Source: Eledone cirrhosa (lineage: Eukaryota). From it: a stretch of 64,000 nt of DNA. Below the pieces are notes generated by a model that saw only the letters and a program-made list of their open reading frames with translations, did no database searches and had not been told where the DNA came from. A program made the translations under genes and the position numbers. Shown piece after piece: positions 47,752-61,882 of the stretch. Numbering within the stretch: the first letter of the stretch is position 1; every line of letters begins with the position of its first letter. Where the stretch lies: positions 34,596,001 through 34,660,000 of the forward strand of contig OZ024741.1 in assembly GCA_964016885.1 (NCBI GenBank). The letters run 5' to 3'.

Positions 47752-49559
47752 ATCAGGGGCGGTGAAAATGAGGAGGCAGGGGGGGACCATGACCTCCTAA
47801 TAATTATATTTTTCTCCCCAAACTACCAAAACACACATCTATTTGTATATGCGCTACAGCTTATGTACATGTTATGTTTATCACATATCGAAGTATTTTA
47901 TATATTGGTTGATATTTGAATTAATGACTCAACTAAATTTACCAAATTTGCCCCCACCCCACCCAATTCAGAAATGCTTCCACCGCACCTGTGTGCGTGT
48001 GCGTGTGTGTGTGTGTGTAATAGTTATATTAGACTTTGGTGAATAAACTTATTCCATTCATAAACAAATAGGTTATGTATTACTATTTAATAAACCTCAG
48101 TGGGGTGTATGAACGTATGTATGTATGTATGGCAGGATTCTAGGAGAAGGAAAACTCTGATATAACACCTGCAACTCTGATGGTATCCAATGATGTTGAC
48201 TTGTTCTTCTTTTTGGTAAATATCATCTTGGTTAAGAGAGTGTGACTGGCTTTGTGCAGTGCCTTTGCTCACTATAAAAGCTTCACGGCACAGGCATTGC
48301 TTTATATCTGGAGATCTCTCTGCACTTGTCACATGGTACCATGGGCCCAGTACTATGTGTCAATAATTGTCACAAGTGTAGTGTTTGTACCAGAGTTTTC
48401 AAGTCGCAGGGTGGACTAAAAAGTCGCACTCGTTCAGCGCATCGGTAGGGGTCTCCCTACATGGATATAAAGTAGTGGCCACCATGTATGTATGTATGTA
48501 TATATATATATGTTACCAGTAGTACTGAAGAGCGACCTGACATATATATATATATATATATGTCAGGTCGCTCTTCAGTGCTACTGGTAACATGTAACCC
48601 AGTACAACCTGTGCATGGTCGTGTCAGCGGCAACTAAACCGGCAACCCCACTAAGCTTGCTTGGTGAGGAGGGTGATTTTGGACACCCTTCGGTATGAAA
48701 AACCAAACCAGTTAACGGCCATCCAATAAAGATATCTTTTTTTTTGGATCGAGAGACTCCTCATCTTCATTAAGTGAGGTATATATAAATTTATATCTGA
48801 ATATATACAGAGTGGGTAAGCGAGACATACATATATACAAATATAACTTCAGCTGCTTAGTGCACCTATTAATATATATGTAATAAAGTTATATCTGTAT
48901 AGATGTAGAGTGGGAAACTGAGATTGCACCAATATGTATATAAATATACACATTATTAATAGATAGTCATGTTAACATGCCAGAAAATATGTATTTCCAT
49001 GTTCCATTTCAGAATAATACTAAGACCAAATGGGTATATAAGCCCATCACATATGTGTTTCTTCTGATGTGGGCCCAATTAGGACCGAAAATAGGTTAAA
49101 GGTGTTTATCACAGCTACCGATTAAATATGTGTGTATTTATGTACACATCGGTGCATCCAGCCCACACTGTAAAGTGGACGTGTAGGCACCACGGGAAAA
49201 AAGCACCCAGCACTCACTGTAAATGAGGTTGGTGTTAGGAAGGGAATCCAGCTGTAGAAATCAAGCCAGAATCAGTTCCTGTATGAGCAAGACAAGGTCA
49301 GCCGACCAGACACTGCACACAACAGGGCAACCCGTCTAACCCATGTTAGCGTGGAAGAACGGACGTAAAACGGTGATGATGATGATGATGATGTAAGATA
49401 GTAAGTTTGGAAGGGGATGGAGGTGAACGTGGTGCATTCTAGTTGTATGTTTCAACCCATGCATATGGGTAGGCAGATCTTACTGCATAATGCCAGAGAT
49501 CTCAGCCCTGTGTCATTGCTTTTGAGAGGTGCAATTGTGCAAGATCAGTTTTTATCACC

Positions 49560-50280
49560 TCATCCCATATCTTCCTACTGCATCAACTGTGAGTGCTCTG
49601 CACCATTTTATATAACTATCATCTCCATACACATCATATGTCCATACCAATGCAATCTCCTCTCTTGAACACTGTATCTGATCACTCTTATGCCCAGTTT
49701 CTCTCTCAGTTCATTCATACTTTGCTGGTCATGTATATTACTATTACACATTTATCAAAACATGCAAGCTTCATTTCTTTCCAATCTTTGCAGCTCCTCT
49801 GCACACAGTGCACAGGCCTCGCTGCCATGCAAAATTGCTGTTCGTATACACACATCATACAATCTGCCTTTTGAAACTAGCAGCAGTAGTAGGTCCCTGA
49901 ACCTTTTCCCTCCAATTCTCACTCTGGCTACTGTACTTTCAGAACATCCACCTCCACTGCTGTTTCGATCACCCAGGTAGCAGATACTGTCTACTGCTTC
50001 TATGGAACCTTCCAAGAATTTGATAATGCTTATTTGCTCTTACTACTTACGACTCCTGTGCCACATGTAAAACTTACCTTCTTAGCTAACCTACCTGAGA
50101 TCCCACTACAGCTCTTGTGTACCCATAGTTTGCATTTGTGACAGAGGGTGGAATTTCTACCTATGCCTTACCTACACATTGAGCAAGGTCATTTTCCTAA
50201 GGATATGAGGGCCCTGTTTTCCCTTCACTTACTAGGACCTTGGTCTTTGTCAGGTTGACTTTAAAACCCTTTGATTCTAG
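49560..50280 (-). mobile_element. Decayed RTE-like LINE RT C-terminal fragment
   Basis: IEAVDSICYLGD...GGCSESTVARVRIG...KGRLYDVCIRTAILHGSE. Confidence 0.8.
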
Positions 50281-50289
50281 ATAACAGTG

Positions 50290-50612
50290 AGTAGGGATGT
50301 GGTCTGGGGTCCAAGAACACCGGAAGTCTTTTCTGTTACAAGCTCTTCCACAAACCTATCAGAGAGCAGCTGATACTTGGACAGTTTGTCCGCTACGGCT
50401 TGGCAGGCAACAGAGCCTGGAATGGTAGCTGAACGCACAAGGTTGCCACATGAGTAGGTGTCATAGCATATGGCATCCCAGATGAGGGGCCTACCCCTGA
50501 AAAATGGGAAGAGTGTTATACCGTCTGGTCTTTTGCCATCTCCTCAGTCCAGCCCTGCTGGCTCGAGCTGGGAAGGGAAGCCTGCATCATCCAGGCCACA
50601 CTTTATGATCTC
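50290..50612 (-). mobile_element. CRE-like (restriction-like endonuclease) non-LTR fragment
   Basis: [36 protein letters not shown]...KLSKY...TSGVLG; homologous to 59300-59640. Confidence 0.75.
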
Positions 50613-51199
50613 TCTATCATTACCATATTTCTGGTGAAAGACGCTGCCCATAATTATTGAATAAATTTGAAAATATTCAAGAATTTGAAGGGATTTGTAA
50701 TATAACTAACTTTCTCGTTATTTATCTGGTGCTTGGAAAATAAAATAGTTTTTACATAAAAAGTTTTTAGATAAAACAAACACTAACTCTTTTGCTACTG
50801 TATTTCTAATGAAAAATACTGTCTGTGATTTTTTAATAATTTTGAAAATAATCAAGAAATCGGAGGGATTTAGTCATATAACTGACTTTCTCATTATTAG
50901 CTGGTGTTTGGAACATAATATAACAAAGGTTCTTACATAGTATTATAATTGTTTCTACTTTTGGCACAAGGCCAGCAATTACCCAGTGCATTACTGGTAC
51001 TTTATTTTATCGACCTCGTAAGGATGAAAGGCAAAGTTAACCTCGGCTGGATTTGAACTCAGATCATAAAGGGCCGTAACACTTTGCTGCAAAGCATGAC
51101 GTCCGACCCTCTACCGATACTGCCAAATGGAAGATTTTTAGGTTAATATAAACACTTTAAAACAAACAGCTTAACCCTTTAGCATTTATAATTAGAAAT

Positions 51200-51960
51200 A
51201 AGAGGATCAGATGTTGTTTACTCGAGAGAAGGCTACGTTGGTATGGTCACATGATGCGCATGAAAGACGATAGCTGTATAACAAAGTGCAGGGCAATAAA
51301 GATAGACGGTAGCCACGGAATAGGCAGACCCAGAAAAACCTGGGACGAGCTGATAAATTCCGACCTCACACACTTACACCTCTCCAAGACAATGTCACTG
51401 GACCGAGACCTTTGGCAGTACTCAGTAATAGAGAAGACCCGCCTTACCTAAATACAAAGTAAAACCTACTACAGTCAGTAGGCATCTCTAACAAAATACA
51501 CCCCCGTCCCACCACCCCCACCCCATCCACACCACCCCTTTCAATGTAAAGTTATGTTGGTGCCACAACATCCAGGCCGAAACAAATGAGATCGTGTAGG
51601 TGTCATGACAAAAAAACACACAGTCCACGCTGTAATGTGGCCGTGTAGGCAACACGGTAAAAATCTCCCAGCCCCACACTGTAAATGTGGTTGGTGTTAG
51701 GAAGGGCATCCAGCTGTAGAAAACCCGCCAGACAGTCCACGCTGTAATGTGGCTGTGTAGGCAACACGGTAAAAACCTCCCAGCCCCACACTGTAAATGT
51801 GGTTGGTGTTAGGAAGGGCATCCAGCTCTAGAAAACCCGCCAGACAGTCCTATGCGAGCAAGATAATCACTCTTGCCTCAAGTGGGAAAACCCCCGTCCA
51901 AACCCATGCAAGCGTGGAACACGGACGTTAAACGTTGATGATGATGATGATGATGATGAT
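51200..51960 (+). mobile_element. 5'-truncated RTE-like LINE with 3' UTR and (GAT)n tail, inserted in a TTAA MITE
   Basis: LRERRLRWYGHMMRM...GRPRKTWDELINSDL...DRDLW; a 112-bp internal duplication in the UTR. Confidence 0.9.
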
Positions 51961-54900
51961 TACTCTGTAGTTTACTATTGTATTTTCACAGCAAACAATT
52001 TATTTCACATAATTATCTCACATAATGTTGAAACTAGGAGATTTTTTATATTTATTTTGAGATCCAAGCATGGAAAATGGATGTTAAACGATGAAGATTA
52101 TGATGAGCAGCCGGTTACTGCCAGTTTGAACAGAAACAGGTTGGTATCAAATGGGTTAAATGTGTCACTGCCTTAAACTGTTGACTGCCACCTGTTTTGT
52201 TTCAGGTCCTTTCATATAAAGTTGAAAGAATCTTAAATGGTAAAAAAAAAAAAGGAAAGGAAAGGAACTGATCATCAGCCTGGATCAAAGAAACGATGTT
52301 TCATTGCTTATACTATCTGTTGGTTGCAACTTCTGGCAGAAAGAGGAGAGATTTGAACTCAGAATACACAGAGCCAGACTAGATATTGCAAATCACTTCA
52401 TCCAGATCTTTAACAATTCTGCTAATCCACAGCATATGAACTGGTACTTTATTTATCAACCTCAAAAAGATGAAAGGCAAAGTTGACCTCATAAGGATTT
52501 GAACTCAGAGTGCAGAGAACTGGAACAAGTATGAAAATATTTAATCCAATGCTCTACCTATGTAAAAATATGGCTCGAAAACAAAGATCTAGAATATATC
52601 TGATTTTAAACTACGTAGATGCTTAAATGTTATATCCTAATTTAGTAACAAAATTTGATTTTTGTGTTTTGTTATTTGTGCCAGAAACTTCACATTTGTT
52701 GGGCAAGTGAGAAGTTTCTATGAAGCTGACGTTTTTGCCAAGGGCATTGCTGATTCCAACTACTTACCACTACAATACAGCCACTGTCAAAATAATAACT
52801 TCCTTTACATTGGTACAATGTCACACAATTATAGAGAAGGAGCATAATTGATTGACTTTACCCTTGTACACAACTGGTACTTATCTTATTGGCCCTTACC
52901 ATAGACAGCCAAAGGCCAACCTGATCCAGGTTGGTTTTGAAATGAGTATATAAAAGGATAAAATTAAATACTATAAAGTATTTAGTTCAAAAGTGAGTAC
53001 ATATATATATCATGATTACTGTTTTAGGCCTATGATTAGTGGATTGTCACATTCTGATGTCAGATGACCATGTTCTGCTCATTCCCTTTTGGCATGGTTT
53101 CTATGGTTGGATGTCTTTCATAATGCCAATAACTTCATGGCAAGTACCGGGTTCATTTTCTTATAGTATTTCCACTACCACTTGAAAGAGTGAACTGGGT
53201 GCTTTTTTCATGGCATCAGCACCACCACATTACAGCGTGGGCTGGATGCATTTTCTCTTAAGCCCAGCACTTCCACTTCTCAGTATGGGATGAGTGCATT
53301 TTATTGTGGAATCAGCATAACTACATTTCAATACTAGGGCACTTGTATTCTTGGTTGGACTAGGAAGATAGAGGAATGAGAGTGGGATGTTAGCAGGCTG
53401 TTACTAACCTATGGAAAGTGGCCTTAAGAAAAGTGAGTGATTTCTGGTTGTATTGTGGGGTGCACCTGGCTTTTTCCATGCTGGCATGATGGGGCAAGGA
53501 GAGGGGAATTCAGGGATAAATTTGGCAGTGTGAGTTGTGGGGAGAGGGAGGAGACAGTGAGAGTAGAGTAAGTGTTTGGTAATGGGGTGGTCTTGGAGAA
53601 AAAGAGAGATAAAGAGGGAACACGTGGTGCTTCGAAGCATAGTGGAGGTGCATTTGCCTTTCCATTCTGGCATGCATAGGTTGGTGGTAAAGAGGTCAAG
53701 GATGTGAATAAGGGGGAGGACAGAGATGGGGATAAGATCAAGTATATGGGTGGGAGACTAGGTGAGTGAGAGGAATCAAATGCGCAAGGCGAATAGATAT
53801 GATAAGTGGCTGATGGAAGGGGGCAGCCTAAATGTTATTACATCTTTTTGTTTTTTACTGCCATCCTCCCTTTGAGTGCCCCTGAACTTCTTTATGCAGT
53901 TCTCATCCTTTATGTGCATCACATAACCATAAAAATGCAGTCTTCTCTCATGTAAACTACATTCAATCCTTCTTATGTCCAGTTTTTCCCTCAGCCATGC
54001 TTTGTCATTCTTGCACACTACTATAACACATCCATCAGAGCACATCCACCTTATTTCTTTACAGTCTTTGTAAATCCACTGCATTCAATGCAGCATTATG
54101 GTTATATATATACAGCAGTCTCTCAAATGCTTCTACTATATTTGTAATGTAGCATTATAAATATGGTAGAAGCATTTGAGAGAAAGACCAATGCTGTGAG
54201 CAATGAGCAAACTCATAGCAGAGAGTAAACATAATGATTTCTTTAAAGATTGGAGTAGTTAGAAAAGCATACAGATTGAAGTGATAGTTGCATGGTTAAC
54301 AAAAGGGAAATCATGCAACAAAGCATTCTTCCCTCTATCACAAAGAGATACAGACATTCTCTAGTAACATCAATGTTGCTTGAAATTGCTGGAGAGAACA
54401 ATACTATCTGTTGGGAAGAGACAAGACCATTAAGATCTCCAGTCGACAGCTTATGAAGGGAGTGTTACACAGCGCAAGCTGTATGTATTATAGAATGATC
54501 TGATGAATATGCCCATGGCCATGAACCTTTAATTCCTGGTGAGGTTGTAAGAGCATCGTCGTGACATATATAGCATCTCTTGGACATTTAAACGTCGTGA
54601 CATATATAGCATCTCTTGGACATTTAAACGTGACAGAGCCCATCAAAACACAGCCAGAGAAATAAGGAGATAAAAGTGAGAAAGAAAGTATAGAAAAAGA
54701 ATCAAGTTCAGTATTGAACTGGTACTTTATTTATTAACTTTGGAAAGATGAAAGGCAAAGTTGACCACGGTGGGATTTGAACTCTAAGCTCAGAGTCAGA
54801 TCAACCACCACAAAGCATTGTATCTGATGTTTTAACGACTCTCCGACTTCGCCACCTACGATGAATATAGATCGCTGAAATATGTACACTAGACAGTCAT

Positions 54901-56057
54901 AGAGGTCCTTTCGTTTACACAACTTCACTGTGAATAAAAAGAAAAGAAGGATCTTTGGGATCAATGTATCTAGTTATTCTGAAAGAATTGTGAGCAATTT
55001 GTTATGTTATTTATATATATATATGATTTAATAAAAACATACATATATATATATGTATCTAGTCAACGTTAATCAGTTTACACAAGCAGGGTAACTAACA
55101 TTTATAGGTTTGTTTTATAATATATTATATTAATGGATTCTCCGTCAATTTCGACGTTGAGCATTTACGGATGTCCAGTGTATAACTTTATTTTCTGGTA
55201 TACAATGACATCAAAAACAAACAACGCTAACGCGTCTATGATTTATTTAATACAAATAACAGAATATATTGTTTATCCCAATATAATATGTAAGCGCGTC
55301 TATGTTGCTCTGGCTGCTGGAAATAGCAGTCAATTCTACAGTATTAATAAGGGAAGAGCATATGAGATAATTGTTTCTACTTTAGGCACAAGGCCAGCAA
55401 TTACACAGTACATTACTGGTACTTTATTTTATCGACCCCGTAAGGATGAGATAATGAACTCCTATGTATACTGTAACTGAAAGGAGACAAAGCGTAGGCG
55501 TAGACGAACGGCTTTGATTATAAGTCTGTTCGATCAGAGCTGACCTAAACAACAACACAGCACAAGGTATCGATATCTTACATTACACAAAACTTCAGAT
55601 ATAGATGGGCGGAGAAATAAATGATTGTACGATGTATATATCCTCGACACGGTTTTTCATGCAGCAATAAAAACAAAACAACTATAATAGTCATAAACGA
55701 GCCTCCGCTATGTCAAAGATGCTATTTATTTATTCATCGCAGGAAATTATCGTATATTTAACTTAATTATACAAATTTATATAAAACTGAGATCCTTTAA
55801 GGCTCAATAGTGTGCCTCTCTGATTTGAAGATTAATAACTCACTTCATGATTAAAAAAAAACAAAAAAACACTAGAATTGTTATGCATGTAAATTGAAAC
55901 CACAAACTACTATAAACCAAAACAACACGCAGATCGCGGAGAATATTTAAAAACAACAGTCAGAAAACGAACATCATGATCTGCTTAAAAATTCGAACTG
56001 GAAGGAATGTAAAATTTACAGTAATGTAAAGGAAAGAGAATAAATATCGAGACTTAC

Positions 56058-56170
56058 CACTGTTCCAAACCGATGAAAAAGTTCAACAAATAAGTGTGTA
56101 ACAAATAATTTATACTCCGAAAGAATGTCAAGGTCTCGCGTGATTTATCAAGGGCAAGCGGTGAAGGACG
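56058..56170 (-). promoter_or_regulatory. Candidate non-coding first exon / promoter of AGL
   Basis: Strong minus-strand donor G|GTAAGT at 56058/56057 in a relatively CpG-retaining, repeat-poor stretch upstream of the ATG exon, which has its own splice acceptor. A TCTCGCGTGA near-palindrome lies at about 56134-56143. The upstream boundary is a guess. Confidence 0.35.
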
Positions 56171-57080
56171 AATTAAATGGTAGTTAAAAACAAAAAGATG
56201 CTGTTATACAAGTTATATAAAATTATTCACAAAATTAACCACGTTAATAGAGCTATTATATAATTGTATTATTTAAATTTCTAGATTTGCTTATATTTCA
56301 AATAGAATATTTTTCATGCGTGCTATTTAGATACGAAACAATGTCTTAAGAAAGTTTTGCTACAGGGAGACCTATGAACATTGTCTGTTCTTGCAGCTGG
56401 GAATATTTTGAAGTGACTTTACAGCAGCAGACAGTTATTTATAATATATATATTTTTTTAATGCGAATATCTTTTTATAGAAGTACAAACATTTCTCTGG
56501 GTGTGGAACAGAATGAACTATAGTGCCACTACTAATAATATAATACTGACGAACTGTTTGTTTGTTGCTACGTGAGCTCATTCACAAAATCAATTATATG
56601 TAATTTCCGGATAAAGTGCTTTGCACTATTAGTTTCGGCTCTTTACATTCCGAGATCAAATTTCACCTGGGCCAACGTGGATTGACAGGCAGCTTCCCGG
56701 GGCGCAGACAATGCTGGATTTACCATAGTGCTTAGGTGTATTTAAGCACTGGGTTCCAGGGGAACCCATCTTCCTGCCCCTAATTTTTTTAATAATGAAT
56801 CACCTCCTTCAGGGCCCAAGGAGCCTCATAATTTAACTAGCTTAGGGCGTCATTTGCCCTAATCCCACACTGGGTGCAGTCATCAGAGAGGCACATTACT
56901 GAACCATAGAGGATCCCTGTTTTAAACAAATTTGTATGATTAAATAAAAAAAATATAACAATTTTCTACGATCAATAAATAATTTGCTAAACATCTTTGC
57001 CGTGAAGCAGAATTGTGGAAATATCTAAAGTATTAGAGAAGGTCGATGATGTTATGACATGTTATATTAATTAGGTATGA

Positions 57081-57295
57081 GCGGGCGGTGGATTTGAAGT
57101 ATCGGTAGAGCGACGGACAACATGCTTCGCAACATAGAGTTATAGCCCTTTCCGTTCTGAGTTCAAATCCCGCCGAGTTTAGCTTTGCCTTTCATCCGTA
57201 CAGGGTCGATAACATAAAGTACCAGTAACTAGCTGGGTCGATTTAATCGCTTTAACTCCCCAAAATTGTTGGCCTTTTGCTTAAATCAGAAAGCA
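57081..57295 (+). mobile_element. tRNA-derived SINE with a Deu/Nin-like domain
   Basis: B box GAGTTCAAATCC followed by GCCTTTCATCC...GGGTCGATAA...AAGTACCAG. Confidence 0.75.
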
Positions 57296-57899
57296 TTAAT
57301 TAGGTGTGGATGAGTGCGAACTGTATAATAGAAAATGCTGGTCTGGTAATTTTCTTAGTGTGGTCAGAGCAAAGGGTTTCAAAAACTTAGTTCCTCAGCT
57401 TAGCAAATTGTAAGTTGAAAATATTTTATTTTGAGAGAAGGGGGCGCACATCGTAGAGCTAACCTCGGACGCTAAATACCTAGACACCAGCTCTGCAATC
57501 TGGTACATATTTTATTTATTTCTATTTCTGGAAGATAGATGCTTTAATTTGGGGTCGACAGAGAAGGTGAGTGAGAGGGTGGTACCCATGGCACTAGATA
57601 AGCCATTAAAATTTTTTTTACTGCAGGCTGACATTTCATTATGAAGCTCAACATAAATGTTTTCAACGGTTTGCAGTGAGCCTTGCCACCCTCTAATAGA
57701 TCGACTCGTTGAACTCGATGCCATTATTAGACACTGTGCCCAACTCATCTGCAATGTTTGCTTCAACATCGCCGGCTGGTAACAGGCGAAACTTATTGCG
57801 AGATTCGGCGACTTCGGCTTCCGATCCACTCTTGACTTGGCACTGCCGGTTTATCTCTCCTGCAGGGTGACACTCTTGTCCCATTCCTCTTTATCATTG

Positions 57900-58510
57900 C
57901 ACAAGACTACGCCCTGAGACTCCCAATTGACAAAATCAATAACTAAGATATAACCATCAAACCCCGCATGAGCTCTAGGCACCCCTCTAAACATCTCACT
58001 GACCTTGACTTTGCGGATGACATTTCACTTCTTGCAGATTGCCTAGAAAATGTGCAATGACTTTTGAAATCTCTCCAGGAAGCCCTCGTTGGCCTTCATC
58101 TCAACGAGGGTAAAACAGAGTACATATCAAACTGTACAGGCAACAGCACCAAAGCAATCAACAGCAGTGATATCAAGCAAGTCGAGGGTTTCAAGTATCT
58201 TGAGTCCTGGATCATGGACTTTGAAAAGGATTTCACCACCAGAAAGGCCCAAGCATAGTTAGCTTGCAACAAGTGCCAGCAAATCTTTGCTGGCACTGCC
58301 ATTGTGCCACCTATGAGGGTATGTCCCCATTAGTGCTTTGGAAACCACAAGCAGTCACTAATAACAGGGGGCGCAAGCTCCCCTATCCCGATGTCATCTC
58401 CAGAGATTCTGGTATTGAAAACCAGGACTTGGCAACGGCAATGAACGACAGACCCATGTGGATATCAATTGTTGAGTCGATTTCGGCTGAGGCCACCGGA
58501 TGATAATGAT
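57900..58510 (+). mobile_element. Decayed, internally deleted RTE-like RT fragment
   Basis: LTDLDFADDISLLA...GLHLNEGKTEY...FKYL...DFTTRKAQA, with stops. Confidence 0.75.
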
Positions 58511-58691
58511 CTCTCCTTAATCTCCTCCAGTCGGATCCTCATATATGAGATCCAAGACGGCAGAACCTAACGTGGCCCGGGAACTGGAGTCAGCCCTCTC
58601 TGATTGGACCGACGAAGGAATTATAATGCGAACCACTAAATATAAACAGAACAGTTCTGTAAGTGTAAAATTATATTACGTATATAATTTA

Positions 58692-58780
58692 ATCTCTATT
58701 ATAAAAGAAGGCCTGTTTCTCCGTCTGTCTGTCCGTCACCCTTATACGTATATAGGAAAAAGAGAGGCAACCACTTTTTT
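58692..58780 (+). mobile_element. Possible Helitron/Helentron-type non-autonomous element end
   Basis: ATCTCTATTATAAAAG followed by a GTCTGTCTGTCC microrepeat. Confidence 0.3.
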
Positions 58781-59199
58781 TAAGTTGAGAGGAAAAGGGA
58801 GATAACTTATGTCGCGCTTATAGTTTACTGCAAGCGTTAGAGGTAATAAATAGAATCTTAAATAAGCAGAATCTACAGTTCTGCCATCTGGTGGTTACCG
58901 CGATCTCTTACATTGCATTAAGTGCAATTATAGTTGCTCGCAGAAAATACTGATCAAATAACCCCGAAACACATTATACTACCTGCTTAGCTCTATATTA
59001 AGGGGAAAAATGCACTTAGCTATGCCTAGAGATAAGTTTTATCACAATATATATATTTTTAAATAGAAACGAGGCAAAGACCGAACAATAAAGAAAATGT
59101 GATAAAAACTGTAAAATATACAGGACATAAGGAAACGAGAAATCAAGGAAAAAAAGAATTAAGTAACGAAAGAAAAGGAGAGGGGGAGTGAGAGACTCT

Positions 59200-59900
59200 A
59201 CACTCCAGTTTGAGCGGAGTTTCAGCTGTACTCCGCGGATAAAATAGCAGAGGTATTGCAGTGGAAAATGACCAGTGACACCTGCCACAACCAGCACCCC
59301 ACCTCGCGGGGATCCTTCCTCAGGCAGGTTGCAGCAGTGCGTGAACCGAGAACACCTGAGGTCTCAATACGAACCGGTATGAAAAGGAAGCGTACAGTCA
59401 AGGCCCGGTATTTAGTCATCTTCTCCTCTGCGTTGCGGGCGGCGGTGCCCGGATTTACGGCCGTAGTGACAAGGCTTAAGGCGGAGAACAAGTCGCATCC
59501 CAGATTAGGGATTAACATCCTTCGAATGGGAAAAGGGCTTTTTCGTAGGGGCGTTTAATATCACCACGGTCGAGGCCAGTCGGTTCTAGTTGTGACGGGA
59601 AGCCGGCTGTAGCGAGGTTTCTTCGGATGATGTCGTTCAGAGTGGCGTGTTGGAGGAATCGGCCAGCGCTATGGTGACATGATAGAGGGTGCAGACCAAA
59701 CTCGTCAAAACAGCTCCACAGCGGCATTTGTGTGGCCCACACACGCGAAGGCCGAGGCGTTGGACCACTCCAGTGCGAGTGTACTCATCATCAGCAGGGT
59801 GCTGAATATATCCATATGCTGTTTGGTTACGAGACGTAACAGCGTAAGGCTAAGCGGCGCTAGTCCAAGGAAGACTCAATCTGCCTGAAGATAGACCTGC
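59200..59900 (-). mobile_element. Decayed CRE-like RLE non-LTR element C-terminus
   Basis: [50 protein letters not shown]...AARNAEEKMTKY...IETSGVLG; frameshifted. Confidence 0.75.
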
Positions 59901-61238
59901 ACTCGATGCCGTCCCAAATACGTTGGACATCTGTATTTTGGGTGACGGTGAAGCTTCCGTCGGTTCAATCGGCCAGAATTGATTCCAATTCTCGGACATG
60001 TCAGGTTCTGCCGTCTCGCGGGGGACTTCACCGATGAGAGTGCTGCTGGGGGAGACGGAGGAGAGATAGGCCAGTATGTATTTATTGGTGAATTCATTTC
60101 TCTGTTTTAGCTTGCTCTTGACTTCCTACTCTTCTAGCACATTCCTCTCATATGCCCATGCGCCTTGTCACCTCCATGATGGCTTGGTTAGTCTAAACAT
60201 TGGTGGTCGGCAAAAAAAAAAAAATTTTTAATCTAAATTAATTTAGGTTGTAACTGAATTCTTCTATGTTTTGCCTGGCGGAGAAGTCAAAATCGAATCT
60301 AAAAATTCTTGCCTCTAAAATCACCTATTGTTTGGTGTTCTTACCATTGTCCTGTCAAAAGACAACTATGATAAATGTCATATACCACTTGACCTGTGAC
60401 CACAGACACTTGACAAACGATAGGCAGATGGCTTGGCTATTGTCTCAAAAACCATATACACATCCTTCTAGCTATAGTATTCTTATAAATACAAGCGCTT
60501 CGAGAGACGATTTAGATATAGAGGTTGACACAGACGACAGAAGAACCGCTCTACTAACACTATGGATTTTCTTCACGAATACAGTCTTCTAGCTACTATT
60601 CTCTCACATTTCTTACTCGCTCGACAGACAAACAGTGAATTACAGAGAGGTACTGACCGCTACTACAGAAACCACGTATGTTAGGGATTAACACACACAC
60701 ACACAGTAGGTTTTCTTCTATTGTCCCTTATACACTTTATCTATCCTTTTGACTTCCTGTCATTCTCTACTACTGTAAAGTACAACACAACTTCTAAGGT
60801 ATCGTTTTCTTTGATACATGCATTTAAGCTAACTCGAAGTAGCTAGTAAGACTATTAAAGTAGTGATAATTGTGTCCCGATTTTATTACTCAATCTTCGA
60901 TGTACCAACAAGTGAATTTTATTATTACAAAATAAACGTTGTCAACAACATCACAATTCTTCATCATTCTTTTTATCATTCATCCTGCAAAGAATACATC
61001 TTAACCGTTAGATGGTCATGACCCTATCGCTACAAGGTTATATGGACACACGTTGAGTGACCAGGAGATCTGCGGGGTTAAATGATTTTGTAACAACGTA
61101 TCAGCCTTCGTCGTCCTATTTTCCACCACCTTCGTCACATGCTAGGTAAGTTAACTTACACCTTCCAGACCCCCCCACCAACGTCGGATTCGAATGGATT
61201 TAGTCATTCTGCCACTCCTGCAACAGTTAGTCTTTCTC

Positions 61239-61460
61239 CAATGCTACCTGCTCCCTATCCAATCACCACTACCAATGCTACCTGCTCCCCATCCAATCCC
61301 CACTACCAATGCTACCTGCTCCCCATCCAATCCCCACTACCAATGCTACCTGCTCCCCATCCAATCCTCACTACCAATGCTACCTGCTCCCCCACAAGCC
61401 CCACTACCAATGGTAATGCTTCTCCCCCAATACTCACCTCTACCAACGCTAGCCTGCTCC
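61239..61460. repeat. Minisatellite, unit about 34 bp (CAATGCTACCTGCTCCCCATCCAATCCCCACTAC)
   Basis: About six copies, degenerate at the right end. Confidence 0.9.
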
Positions 61461-61683
61461 CACTGCTATCTCCTCCCCGTTTGAATTCTACTGTTGATCC
61501 TTCGGAACCGGTTGCCGCCAATTCACTACCAAACTGTGTCCTCTATCAATACAAGTCGTTATTTGAAATCCATCAAATGTCACTTATACTGCCGAACATA
61601 TCACACGAAGAAGAGTAAAAAGATAGTCTCTGTAACTCGATGTTCCAGTTGTTCGATCAACGGAACAACTGTGTAGCAGGGAG

Positions 61684-61798
<115 letters not shown>

Positions 61799-61882
61799 AA
61801 AGGTAAACAGAAATAACAACACAATCGGTACAGTATATGTAAGAGATATATTAGGTTAACGCTTGATATAGCAGGAAGAGGG

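Noticed and set aside
48525-48580. CTGAAGA as a hammerhead core
   Set aside because: No GAAA or helix III follows the stem; the motif is simply paired within the palindrome.
54557-54628. 36-bp direct tandem duplication
   Set aside because: Ordinary local slippage with no further structure.
61139-61618. 159-aa Pro/Thr-rich ORF
   Set aside because: Largely a translation of the 34-bp minisatellite.
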